DNA from: Bigelowiella natans CCMP2755
Lineage: Eukaryota; Protista; Cercozoa
Direction of reading: 5' to 3'
Assembly: GCA_000320545.1 (NCBI GenBank)
Contig: ADNK01002101.1
Location: 1-40,829 of the forward strand
DNA: 40,829 nucleotides
Shown: positions 10,571-23,900 of the stretch, piece after piece
Position numbering within the stretch: position 1 is the first letter of the stretch
Layout of the letters: every line of letters starts with the position of its first letter
The notes under the pieces: generated by a model
The model's input: only the letters and a program-made list of their open reading frames with translations
What the model was told of the DNA's origin: nothing
Databases searched by the model: none
Translations under genes and position numbers: made by a program

Positions 10571-13500
10571 ATGATAGGCGCGTGGGGATATGGCCCAGCC
10601 AAAAGGTCGAGTGAACTCTGAAATATTTCCAGCAGTGACTGCAGACGATAAGATAGGTGATAATGCTTGGATATGTCAGGAGGCCTAACCCGACCAGCCG
10701 GAGTGTCATCACCCTGCATGTCGCCTTCGTACAGGCATCGTGCATCAGCACCACAGCTAACGTCAACCTGGGGTAGGTATATGTGATGTCATTTTCGAAT
10801 GATTTCGAAGCGTATCTTCTCCTACTAATTTCCCACTTGACGTATTCTTAGGCGAAAGGGGCTAGCTATACTGGAGTCCAGCCCAATTACCAAACCTCTT
10901 CAAAAGCGTGCTGGAACTAAAGCATACGAACAACAGCTCCAGGAGGCTAGAGTACAATACAAAATTGTGATCTATGATCCATCAACAAAGCGCCAACAGG
11001 TAGTATATTCCACTGCATGCCGAACCCGTCAAGGGTGTTGTTTCTTATAAGCGATACCCACCTACGCACCCGATGCTGCTGGCTGAATTTTCAGGTCGCC
11101 GTTAGTATTACTCCTAACTTCCACTTTGTGGTGAAGAAAGGCTGCCAGAAGGCCATGATGTACATGGATTCTTCCAATAGGTTCACACCTGCGTCCATGT
11201 GGTGTGCTGAGGGGAAGTTGTGAAAGCGGTGACAATTGCAAAAATATTCTTAGGCGTTGGACGATCAACTTTCATTCCGACGAGGACTTGGATGAGTTTT
11301 GTATCCGTTTGGCTCTTGTACGAAATGCTGTCACCAATTGTAGAAAGCCGCCAAATGAAAGGTCTACAACTAAAATTTTAAATAGGTCAAGGTGGGGGGA
11401 GCACTGAAACTTTGCTGTCTGTTGTTTCTGGTGTGCACGCAGAGAACTTATTGTACAGGACGTAGCATCTGGTTCTGAGGAAGACCAGATGGTCACTTAT
11501 TTCCCTCCCAATAAATAATCCACCCCCCTCATCATATGATCGTGTTATTGCATGCATTTGCACTTTTAATTATTGTCATCATCTCGTGGTTAGGGGGTCA
11601 CTGTTGGTTGCACAATCAAGATTTGTTTCAAGCTTTGGAAGGTCTCGAGTTCCTAATTGTTTGGCTGGCCATCGTGCACTTATTGCTTTCTCGCGAATCA
11701 TCGCATCTTTCTGGGTCTAGATTGACTCCAAACATAGGTGTACTCTTGGCTCGCTAATCGCCTCGAGCCAGAAGCACAAGCTGCATATCAACCCCGGGGA
11801 TGAACCCTTCACCAAGATTGACATGAAGGCGTCACCATCGGAGCAATCTGGATCCTCCTGGATTCCCAAGGGGATGGAGTTGGGAGTTCTGGGCCTTACA
11901 AAGAATGCAAGGTACGAGTAATATCTTCCACTAGAAAGCTCGAGTTCCCAGAAGTTGTTTCAATAGCATTGTTGATATCTGGATATATGTGCAGGAGAGT
12001 TCTGGTCATTCCACCCGATTTAGCAGTCGTATCAGGTGGAGTCAGCCATCATGAAGCATGTCCTCTCCTGATTTGCGACGATGATGACTTCCCTTTATCT
12101 TATGGTACCTGCTTCCCTTGTTCCACGGTCATCAGACTCGAATAGCTACTCCGACATTGATCCCAAGAATGCAGCTACGGCGAAAACGCTAGTAGCCTTT
12201 GTGCGTTTGTTGTCCGTCAAACATAAGAAGGTGTCTAAATCTATGTTTTTGTTACTATGTGCGCGTGATATATTCCTGGTTCGGGCATTAATAATCCGCT
12301 CATGTTGTTCCACAGCACTCCTCTTCCTCCGATGCAAAGGCGAAGAAGCGAAAGGAGAGGAGGTGGTTGATTAGTTAATAAGGAGACGTAGATGGTGATG
12401 ATGATGATGATGAATCAAAATTACATGCTATCGAGTAGTTCATAATACAGAAATCATCCTCATCATCGTCATCACCGCCATCATCACCATCATTATCCCA
12501 CATCTTCGCCACTATGAAATCCTTTTGAACGACGTCGCAGTAAACACTACCACGTTCCAGTTTTCATCGAGATAACAGCCCTCTCTTCACACAAGAATTT
12601 CCCCCCCTCATGACAAGCAGAGAGATGTATGCATATTTATATTCTATTGCTGCTTTCCCCGAGTGTGAACATGGCATGATGGTGGTTGTAGGAAGAGTAA
12701 AAAGGCTGCTGCTGCTGCTGCTAGTACGAGTGGTGATGCAGTGCCTTCAGCAGCGACACCACTACCAACATCATCACCGGCTAATTATTCTCCACAAGAG
12801 GATGGTGATGTCGCCCCAGACGACAACGTCAAACACGGGCAAGAAATAGAGGTTGATAATAATGAAGAGCAGGAGGAAGAAGAAGAGAAAGGGCATGACG
12901 ACGACAAAATAGGGTCATCATCCATCGAGCATGAAGACAATACCGGTAGCTTCACTGCCAAACAACGCATTTTAAATCGAGTTCGCAGGCAATCACGGTC
13001 AGCTTCAGAGGTATCTCTTTCTGATCATACACGATTTTGATGATGATGATGATAATGATGATGAAGAGGATGATGATGATGATGATGCCTATTCATTATG
13101 CCATTGAAACAACATCGTACCTGCTCCCCTCCTTGTCGTCATTCTACTACTTCGGCAGGTCTCGGTGCAATCAATTGGAGACATAATGCATGCGATGAAA
13201 AGCAGAGGTGATGAGAGGAAAGCGTCAACACCGACCACTAGTAACATCGAAAATGATCGCGGTAATGATGGTGGAGGGGCTGGCTTACTAGCACTTGCCT
13301 TGAGACGAGCGGAAATGATGGGAGTCCGGACACAAATTCATTTGGATTCGGAGGAAGAGGAGGGGCTTGGAGATGACTTCGAAACAGCCGTCGCATCGTT
13401 GACAGATGTGAGGCAGGCGAAGGAAACGATTCTTCTTCTAAGCCACATCGTAGCAAACCAGGCCAGGGAGCAGAATCCGCCGATGATGTATAGCAAAGTA

Positions 13501-13710
13501 GAGGGCGTTCTTCGCCAGTTCTACAAGAAAGTCACCACGGACATGAAGCAGCAGGCGGCGGCTGAAGGAAGCCCTGGCCGTAATACGAGCGGTAGCAATT
13601 GGAAAGAATCTAGCTACAAGGGTGACGAGGTGGTAAGCATCGTGAAGAAAAATTTACGAGATGCAAATGAAAAATTGAAGACTATGATGCTCAACGAAAA
13701 TTGTCCTTAA
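10571..13710 (+). CDS. FKBP15: FKBP15-like protein (N-terminal WH1/PH-like domain, degenerate FKBP domain, C-terminal helical motif), ~14 exons
   Basis: Exons 10571-10605, 10680-10772, 10852-10999, 11095-11180, 11254-11361, 11443-11491, 11594-11641, 11721-11911, 11995-12035 and 12136-12230 join in phase. Product includes GRKGLAIL..YKIVIYD..RRWTINFHSDEDLDEFCIRLALVR..LIVQDV..WIPKGMELGVLGLTKNARRVLVIPPDLA..TLVAFVRLLSVK. C-terminal VEGVLRQFYKKV..SYKGDEVVSIVKKNLR resembles the FKBP15 tail. Recognised from recalled family motifs; start codon uncertain. Confidence 0.78.
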
Positions 13711-14524
13711 CAATGCTGTTGAACATCACCAAGAGCGAGTGGATATGAGGCGGGCTAGCGGGTGGAGACTGTGCATATTAGCTGTGACGTGCACATGTAG
13801 AGTGTCGTCACAGAGCTGTGTGCTGTCATCTAGGCATACTTACGTGCAGCATGCATGGCTATCTATCGAATACTTTTTACAGGTGTTTTTGTCGGGTTGA
13901 TGCTCATGCTGTTTGCGATAATTTATTAATTAGTTTAACAAATTCGTGGATTCTATTCTAGCATTATAGCGCCGTGTAGTCCTCAACTACTAGTCCCTCC
14001 GTCGTGCCACGCGCGCGTGAATTACACACCGCCATGCAAGACGTTGTCAGGCTAGCAGGTCCTGCGTACGGTGAACCTTTGATGACTATGATAGAAGCTT
14101 TGTTCTGTCCATAAGAGCTAGAGAGGTAGTCCGTGAAACCATGCTTATTGTGATCGTGCACAATGAGGGTTTCAGCATGGCGGGCGGACTATGTTATCTA
14201 GTCATGATTATGCATGTGCACAAGTTCTTGAAAACGCACCCCCCTCGAGTAGCCCGCCAATTATTAGCCAAGCTGCAATTGCATGTGCATACGTAAAATG
14301 TCGTCTAGGACACAATAAAAGGAAACGCAGCAGCTATGTAATAGTTTAACGAGACTGAATGCCAATACACAATTATGATCAATAACATCTCCAACCTCAC
14401 TCCATGCTACTATAAAAAGCAAATGTGTGCCTTGGATCTAGATTTGCACGTTGCGATACGTACATGCTGCTTGTATGAATAAATTAATTCGTGTATTCTA
14501 CATTATAAATATTCTATATAACAT

Positions 14525-14563
<39 letters not shown>

Positions 14564-14720
14564 GTGTGTGTGTGTGTGTGCGTGTCCATATCTTGGTGCG
14601 AGGCGTGCATATATCCATTATTCATTCAACACATTGTATTTTTTAAGAAATCTCAAGACATAGGCAGCACGTCGAGGCTGCAGATTCAAAGGTCAGATTC
14701 AAAGATCATCATGATGGCGT

Positions 14721-15376
14721 CTACACTACTAGTGCTCTGTGCAGTGCTAGCACTAGACGACGATCAGGGTCAAAGTCGAGTCTCGCAAATGCCCACATTA
14801 GCACACGTGCCATTTCTGGCGTGAAGTCCTTGCTTACGGTGACGGCACGCCTCTGCAGCACATTCCGCGTATCCTCCCCCATATCACGTTCCATCACGGC
14901 AAATGCCCAGAAAGCTGTCGCGATTTCGTTTGGCGAGTACTTGTTGATATCCGAGACGATACGCGCTTCAAAGGACTCGAGAGCGCCCTTCGGCATGTTG
15001 TGGTTTAATCGGGCAATGGCTGACAGCACGTCAGGGACATCCCTTGGGAGATAGTTGTCGCAGGAGCCTTCAGCAATGGCGAGAACCCTCTTCACTAATT
15101 CTCCAAATTTGGTTGAAGCTTGAACAGAATCTATCAACACCGTGGATGGGGGGAGGTATGCACTACCGCTCAGAAATTCCTCGTCGGCGTTCTCCTCGCT
15201 GTCAACTAATTTCGTACGAATCTTGGCAAAAGCCCAAAGCAGGTCAGCTGTGCGTCTGTTTGATGAGGACGAGGAATGGAAGGAGGAGGGGGGGAAACCG
15301 ATAAGTCAGTGACAGTGATGGAACATTTCAGAAGGACTGACAACGACGATGATATTAAAAAAAACCAACACACACA

Positions 15377-15430
<54 letters not shown>

Positions 15431-15814
15431 GAATTACAGTGATAGGCCCTCAGATTTTGGACACAACTTACCTTTTCTGCTAGGACTATTTCATGATTAA
15501 CACCATCGTCATTATCACCATAATCATCACCATTATCACCATTATCATTATCCTCTCCTGATTGCTACTACTCCTACTACTACTACGACTACTATTTCTA
15601 CTACATCCACCATAAAAAACTACTATATGCACACTAATCGGAGCGATAAACAGTGGTAAATATCGTAGTATATCATCATTCACCACCAACCTAGGTGTCA
15701 GGCTGCCTACATCAAAATGACACGAAAAGGCCTCGAGGAACTCCATTCCGGGACTTACAGAGAGCTGCACTAGCCGGAAGAGAATCTTGCAAGGGCATCA
15801 CAAGCAATGAATAA

Positions 15815-15855
<41 letters not shown>

Positions 15856-15928
15856 CCTTCTCCCATCCAACCTCCAATAACAATTATATCGTTGACTCCA
15901 TCTCACTTTACTCAGAATAGCGTTTATA

Positions 15929-15971
<43 letters not shown>

Positions 15972-16203
15972 GTAGTAGTACCGGCTGCATTTGCTGCGCT
16001 TGCTCGCCTGGCACCACTGCAATGCTCTGCTTCTCCAGACCTGCAAGTACTGAGGGCATCACCTAAGAGAAGAAGTAGTATGATTATGAGATTCCGCCCT
16101 TCCGGCGGTTTTTGACATTTATTTGGCCATTGAGCAAAAAGATTGTGTCGCACGCACGGACCGTTATAGCATTATTGTGTTTATCCTGTAAGAGGCGTGC
16201 TCA

Positions 16204-16263
<60 letters not shown>

Positions 16264-17163
16264 AGAGAGGAAAAGGTGGGGATGCATAGTATCCTCCGAA
16301 GAGTGTCTCCATCTTCTTGGGCGACGGCATCATCATGATGATGTTGAAGCGACTGCTACTACTACTACTACTACTACTACAACTACTTCTACTATTACCT
16401 CTATGTCAAGCATGGTGAGACCCTTCAGGAAATCTCCTATCTCTTTCCCTCCAAATTTGTCCACGATGTTCTTCTCCCCTGCTCGCAGTTGCAGCTCCAT
16501 CGAGATTGCCTCTATTAAGCAGGATGTTTTGCCGCCTGCATAGTCGGTACCTCCCTCTATTCTCCTAGTACCGTCATCATCCTCCTTTTCCTTGAAATCC
16601 TCCTTATAACTTCTTGCAGCACCATCGCCACGTTTGTATTCTTCATCAAGATTATCACCGTCGTCCTCGTCATTGTCGTCTTCACTCGGTGGTGTTGATG
16701 TTGATATCGTTGTTGTTGATGACGATGATGAGGAGGATGATGATATTAAGTTTTGTCCCTGCAAGTCGCAAACGGTAGCCCAGATTCTCCCCAGCGCCCA
16801 CATCGCCCTGGCAATGTCGGCGGGCTGAAATTCCACAAGTCTCTCCCTCACACTTCTGTGCACTGCCGTCAGAAACTCCTCGCCAGGAACAATCCTTAGC
16901 TTAGCGTATGCCCATAAGAAGCGTGAAATGGTGCTCGGGCTCAGACTGTGGCTATGGCAACCGTTGCTGTTGTTGCTGTTGCTCTCTGCTACAATTGCTG
17001 TTTCTGCATCCATCACGTTGGTGCTTTCCAGGGCGCGTAATTCTAGCACCTTGAAGACGGAAGCCTCGATACCGTCCTTTGATCCAAAGCGAGCGTCCGT
17101 CGGAGTACCTGTTGTCGCGATAGGAAAAGCAGCCACCATCAATACATGTGCATGACTAACCGT

Positions 17164-17201
<38 letters not shown>

Positions 17202-18409
17202 AAGTGTATGGATATAAGTACACGCTGCTACTATTACGAATACTCCTCTTATAACAACTCAAAAATCAGTAACAACGGCCACCGATTCTGCCGAGTGCCC
17301 AGCCAATACTAGCAAGATGCTCTGGGACTGGCGCAGGGGTGAGATTCTCAAGGCGCTCACGAAATTCCTCCATAAAGCCGTCCCCCGGAGAATAGACGAC
17401 GCGAGCGAAGTTCTGCAGCATGCGAACAAGCGATTCAGATGTCCGGACAAAGGGGAGGAGCTCCTGCTCTCTGTCCTCAAAAGCCTCCATGGCCTCTGGT
17501 TGAGGCCTATGTCGCAACGCCCCGAACGCCCACAGAACCTGCAAACGGAGAGCATCGATGATAATGATTATGATGATAGTGATGATGATGATGATGACGG
17601 TGACGGACTATTCTCGGCTATCTTTTATTTTACAAAAACCCACGATAAACCAAAAGAGGCAGGATGAACTGTCACAACCCAATCCCCCCCCCCCCCCTTA
17701 ACCCCTTGCCAGATCCTGGCGACACATACACAAACACATACACATACACATAAACAAATGACACACACGCGCGCACGCGTACATGATCCAGGTCTTGGAG
17801 ATTGAGCTGAACGGTGTTGTGAGGGTGCTTTAGACGTGCCTCGGCTGCCTCCATTAATGCTTGCGTCACTTCTTGGCCTTGAGCTGATACTTCTGGCTGC
17901 CCTCGTTTTCCAATGCATTCGTTCAACTTCGCTACTGCCCAGAGAGAATTTGCAATTTCCTGCATCTTGAGATCGTTGATACTCGCCACCACCGCACCTT
18001 GGAGCGCTTCGATGGTCTCAGCTAACAAAGTTTCACTACTACCACTGTTGTAGTTGTCGTCGGCAGGGCCAGTCTCCGCATTCTTTCTCTCTGTTTCCAT
18101 CATCAGCTTCGTCGTTGCAGCCACTTGGGCAATACTTCTATTACTTTCACTGTCCGTCTTCTGAGTGTCGTCATAATTTAAGACAGCGTTTCCCTGTCCA
18201 ACTTCTTCCTCTTTTCTAGATATAGCAAAGGACGACGATCTTCCGATTCCGGATTTAGCAAGTGCCCATAAGATGTTGGCCATGGACTGCGGCCGATATT
18301 CATCAATATCAACCTTTATTCTCGTGAGCATGGCGTCCAACAAACGTAGGTTGGGCCGCATCTCCATTGTTGCATACGCCCACAGAGTATTGGCCACATT
18401 CTGTTTGTT

Positions 18410-18450
<41 letters not shown>

Positions 18451-19674
18451 AACTAAGTCAAACAGGGTGCAGTACCACATATGGTGCATACCTGGCCGTT
18501 GAAGGTGGCACTAATGTCTGCTGCCTGGTCCTGAATCTCCAGCAGCATTTTTCGAGAAGAGGGGTGAGAAAGCTTCGCTAAAGCCCAGAGTAGGTTAGCT
18601 ATACCTGATTAGAATAGTTGACAGGAAGAAGAATGACTAAGAACACGATCATCCCATCGGTGGTTTCAATTACCACAACGGTAAAATGAAAGAATGAGGT
18701 CAATAAATCAGAAGGCATGTAGCACATGGGTAGGGGAAACGACGCAACAAAGCCTGCTGTCGACACATGACCAAGAACTACTACCCTGTGCATTCAGCTT
18801 GAGCAGCATGACTTTATCCTGCAGCCTGCTGTCTAGCACCCCCCACTCTTCTGTACCAAACAGCAAAGGAGGAGGCCGATCCATGCCACCTCCATGTGTT
18901 GCGTCCGGGTATTTTTTCACGTGGTCAGGCATTCCTTTCAAGGGTGGAAGCCCATCGTTTCCCCCAATTCCCTCCTTTGCTTGCCTGTGTGGGGTCTTCT
19001 TCCCCCCCCATGTGCTCAGCTTGGCAATACGATGGAAGGCTGACACTACATTGATGTGGGTTAAGTGCTCATCGTAAAAGCGGCATATCTCCATTATTTC
19101 TGATATATTTCTAGAACCAGTGATCATCTGGTTGACTTTGAATGGTGAGGCCTTCCGAGGGAAGTGGTGACGGATCTGTGGTAGCGATTGACTTCCTGCT
19201 ACTGCTGCTGCTACTGCTTCGACTCCTACTGCACGCGCTAGTCCCTTGCGCGGCTGCATGGGAAGTATTAAGTTCGGAGAGAAGAGAGTGTAGTTTTTTA
19301 TAGAATAAAATATATCGTTCTTGGGTGCAGCCCATGGCCTGAATACACGCAGCAGAGTGAATAATGATAGAAGCGGCCACCTACAACAACAACAAGTAAT
19401 ATCAAGGAAACTTGAAGCACCTTAAGGACTCTGAGATCCTTCTGTATCGCCTCAGAAATTGGAGAGGGAAACGTAGATATTGCTGATTATGTGAACATGA
19501 GGGAGGAGCGCTGAATTTCTGCAGAGAAACTCCACTGTGTGGTAAGAGTGACGACCCCCCTTTGCCGGAAAGAGGCACGATTCTGTGACGGCGGTGGCCA
19601 CTGTTGCGTGAAACCCCTGGCCCTGCGAGAGCAGCAACACAAATAACCGCCACTTTCCATACCAGCCTCTCCAT
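14721..19674 (-). CDS. OPR/FASTK-type helical-repeat RNA-binding protein, probably plastid-targeted, multi-exon
   Basis: Repeated F/YxPQxxANxLWAxAxL-like motifs: NVANTLWAYATM, YRPQSMANILWALAKS, LKMQEIANSLWAVAKL, FQPADIARAMWALGRI, YSPNEIATAFWAFAVM, FTPEMARVLMWAFARL. N-terminus MERLVWKVAVICVAALA followed by an Arg/Ser/His-rich stretch (bipartite-like). Alternative ATGs up to 19704. Confidence 0.78.
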
Positions 19675-20189
19675 CCGAAAGTTGCTCATCAGCGAGATGA
19701 ACATCGCTGTGGTACCCCTCCCATGATTCCGAGGGGGCGATCGGCCATCCCGAGCACTTAGATCTGAAATTTGAGAATCTTAATTAGCAAAGGAAGAAAT
19801 GTTTACATAATTTATGTGGTACGACAACGAAATATCCCCGTCGCCCAAAACGTGTCCCTTTCATTTTTAATACCGTTCTTAGCAGAGACGGCCTCCATCA
19901 GACAATCACGGGGATTCATGAAGATCGACAACTGTGAAAAATGAAATTCTGCCGATTATCGGGTGTAGATACAATACCGGGATTGTTGGTAGTAACGGTG
20001 AGTCCGCAATTTGGAATCATGCACATGTCGCTGTGGCTGACAATGATGCCACCTCCACGGAGTAGATAATTGTTCTTTTCCTCAGCGAAGGATTCCTGCG
20101 GCTTTCCCCGGACTTGGAAGTTTCTGTTTGGCTTTCTACCGAGTTTAATCAAAGGCTGAGAACATCAAGTTCAAGTACGAGCGGCTTCT

Positions 20190-20882
20190 ATGCTGCACGC
20201 AGTGGCTTTGTTCTTGCTGCTCATTTCAATCCATGCTTCGCCTGAGATTGGAGAAGTTGGTTCTGTTGACGTTGGAGAAAATGTCGTAACTGTGCCGTTG
20301 CAGCGCGAATATAGCAGCCCTGTGGTCATTTTAGGGGATCCCAGTTACAGTCAATATCCCCAGTTCTTCTGTTTTAGAATCACTTCCATCAACTCGACCT
20401 CCTTTTCTGTGAAAGCTGTTAGTGACTCTTCTGGCAGTATCACCGCAGAGCCAATGCAATACATGGTGTTAGAAGCGGGGCAGCATCTGCTCGGGAGCGT
20501 CAAGATTGAGGCTGGAATTTATGATGGCACATCTCTAGCCAACACAGTCACATTTGGGACTCAATTCAGCTCTACCCCTCTCGTTATACCATCTATTATG
20601 TCCAACAATTACAATGGATTCCAGCACATGCGAGTGACCAGTGTTCGCTCCAGTAATGCGACGTTTCAGTTTGAGACTGTCTCTGGTTCCGGTGTAACCG
20701 ACAATCCAAACATCGAAACCATAGGGTTGGTACACTATCACAATGCTGCTGCTGCTGCTGCTGCGAAAACAAAAGCCAGCCAATATTCAAAACCATTTAG
20801 AGTAGAGTCACATTTCTAATGGAACCAATTCCATCAATATTGGATTGTGATGATATTGTAAATTCTTCCCCCCCTCTCTCTC

Positions 20883-20930
<48 letters not shown>

Positions 20931-23900
20931 GTGCGCGCGCGCGCGCGCGTGTGTGTGTGTGTGTTTGTGTGTGTGTGCGTGTCCTCCACAGGTGGGTGGC
21001 TATCCAGAATTCAACCTCTTTTTACGATTCAGCCGGGAATCTGTATGGATCTGCGTACCATCCATATACCGCAACTAAATATGACTGTCCTGCCATGAAC
21101 ACCTTCACATTTGGGGCTACATTTACCAGCAGCAACATGATCGTATTTATGAAGGAGCAGAGCTATAGAGGAAGTGAGACAGTGATGATGAGGTATACTA
21201 AGCTAGCAGCCCCAACTAACCAAATCAATGGCTGCGCCGATGAAGACACCCTTGGCCAATCTGGTCATGCTGGTAAGTTTGTTCTTAGCTACTTGATGTG
21301 TTGTGAACCCACCGAAGTAATTATTTTAGAAGAGTGTATGATGCTAAGCTTGTGCCTTATCATCTCTCGCTATTATTCGATTTATTCGGTGACAAAATGC
21401 TTATTTCAAAATAATGAAGTGCTGACAATTTTGTGTCCGCCGATACTACAAACGGATTTAAGCGTATTTTAAGCCAACTTCACTCTTGAAAAGCTGCTGT
21501 TGAGAGTTGGAGGAATTAGTCTAGTTGACACTAACAGATTAGCTTCACTTCAAACTTTTTTTAATATCTGAGTTGTGGTTCTGTATTTTTCTCATACTAT
21601 ATCTAAAGCCGAAGATATTATGGTATTTGCTCGGGACGGTGCCGGATTTCTCTTCAGCCCGTCTAGTGCTCCGACGACAGCAACACCGACCAGTAATTCG
21701 CCCAGCATATCTCCGTCCATAACGCCAAGCTCCTCTCCGAGCTTTGGACCTTCTACGAGTCCAAGTTGCTCCCCAACCATAGCGCCTTCCGTATCGCCGA
21801 TCAGCATATCGCCCAGCATATCACCGTCCATAACGCCGAGCTCCTCTCCAAGCTTTGGACCTTCCACAGCGCCGAGCTTGTCACCTTCCACGAGTCCAAG
21901 TTGCTCCCCAACCATAGCGCCTTCCGTATCGCCGAGCAGCATATCGCCCAGCATATCACCGTCCAAATCGCCGAGCAGCATATCGCCCAGCATATCACCG
22001 TCCAAATCGCCGAGCAGCATATCGCCAAGCATATCACCGTCCAAAACGCCGAGCTTGTCGCCTTCCACGAGTCCCTCCTCGTCGCCCACCTGCTCTCCCT
22101 CAACCTCTCCAACCGCCTCGCCATCATCGTTCTCCCCGTCAACGAGTCCAGCAACTCTTCATCCATCAACACGCTCACCAACAAGCACACCGTCAACTAT
22201 CGCCCCAAGCCCTGAATCCACGCCAGTCATGGCTCTCTCTGCCCAGTTCTCCGATGACCTTGCGACAGTATCCCTTCGTTTCTCAAGGGCAACAAACCAG
22301 CCATCCGGCGGGTGCGAGAGTATACTAAGCAACGACTCGGTATTGCTGCTTGGATCTCAGCAGGCATCGTGCTCCTGGACACAAGCTGATGTTTACACAT
22401 TGCACCTCGGTTCTGGGTACAATTGCACCATCAACAGCACGATCGTTGTAAAAGGTGGCGTGATCTCCAACCCTTCGCTCTCAGCAGGCTACATGACCTC
22501 GGCAACATTTCGAGTGGCCGCTCCCTCAAACCCATCAGCTGCTGAGGCCAAGCTCGGTGCGCCGGAGACTCTTGGACCTTGCGAAAACTTCGAGCTGACT
22601 AGTGTTGAATCTACTGGGGCCAACGGGAGGTCGTTCGCCTACGCATGGAGTCACGTGTCAGGTAATCTTGTCTCAGGGGCAACTCTCCCCAGCGTGCTCG
22701 CCGCAGCGTCGTCGCTCGCAACCGTGACGATAGATGCCGACGATATGATGGATGGGCAGCACGAGTTCCAGCTCACCATCACCAACTGGCTCGGATCTTC
22801 CAGCACTACAACGATCAGCACTACAAAGGTGTCCAATGCTATCCCCCTAGTCACCATTACAGGCTCGCAGCACGTCACGATGAAGAGGACTGATACGCTC
22901 TCGATAGCAACACAGATCCTCCCCCCAGCGTGTAATTCCAGTGCTGGGTTTGAGAGTCCCTTTACGGGGAGTGGGTACTGGACGCAGATCCGAACCGCAC
23001 CAGGATTCTCCTCTCATCAAGTCACCATAGTTGACCCCAATATCGTAACCCTGCAAGTTCCGAGCAATACCTTCAACATGGGCGAAAAGTGTGTATACAT
23101 AGTATAGTCCATTTGTTGGGAGAGTAGTTTGTTGAGTCAAGTCGTCGTTGCCGGAAATTCCTATTGCGCATGTGTGTGATGACAATGTATCAAGGAAGGA
23201 GGCGCCGGATACAACAAAACCTCCACTGATTTTTCTCCTTTTCCATTTTCTCAACATATCTTGTGTGGTTGGAAGAAATATATACTTCAACTTCTCATCG
23301 CCCTCCTTCGCCCCCCCCCCCCCCCTCCCCCAAAACAGGTATGGGTTCAACCTCCGCGCGCGGACACATTACGGCGGGGAAGTGATTGGCGAGGTCAATG
23401 TGACTTTCACTGTCACTGTGAGCATTGAGAACGTGACTGCTTCCATCGCTGGAGGAAACTCCATCACGGTGCCAGTGCTGCAAGGAGAAACAATAATGAA
23501 TACTTTTGACGGATCGGGCTCATCAGATCCTAGCGGACTGCCCCTAAACTTCTCTTGGTCTTGCCTAGATATCACCGATGGCGGCAGCGACGTCCTTGCC
23601 CTGCCAGCCAATAACGGAGTACAAACCGACTCCTCAACTCTCGCAATCGATACGCAGATTCTGAACGTCACGCATAGGTACCGTGTGCAGCTTGTAGTCA
23701 CGGGCGTGGGTGTTAACGGCACAGCAGCTAGGAGCAGCACTGCCACTCAAGAAGTCATCCCGACGATGCAAAGGGTGCCGATCGTACGTGTGGATTACTC
23801 AGCCGTTTCAGACAATGGCCAGGCTCAAACCCAAGCTGACGCTGGGGCCTCCTTCCGGCCTAACTCGGATGCCAAGATCACTCTCACAACCGACATCGGC

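Noticed and set aside
13965-14065. SRP RNA resemblance (TGTAGTCC...CTACT; CAGG..AGCAG)
   Set aside because: The helix-8 GNRA tetraloop stem is missing and the match is too short.
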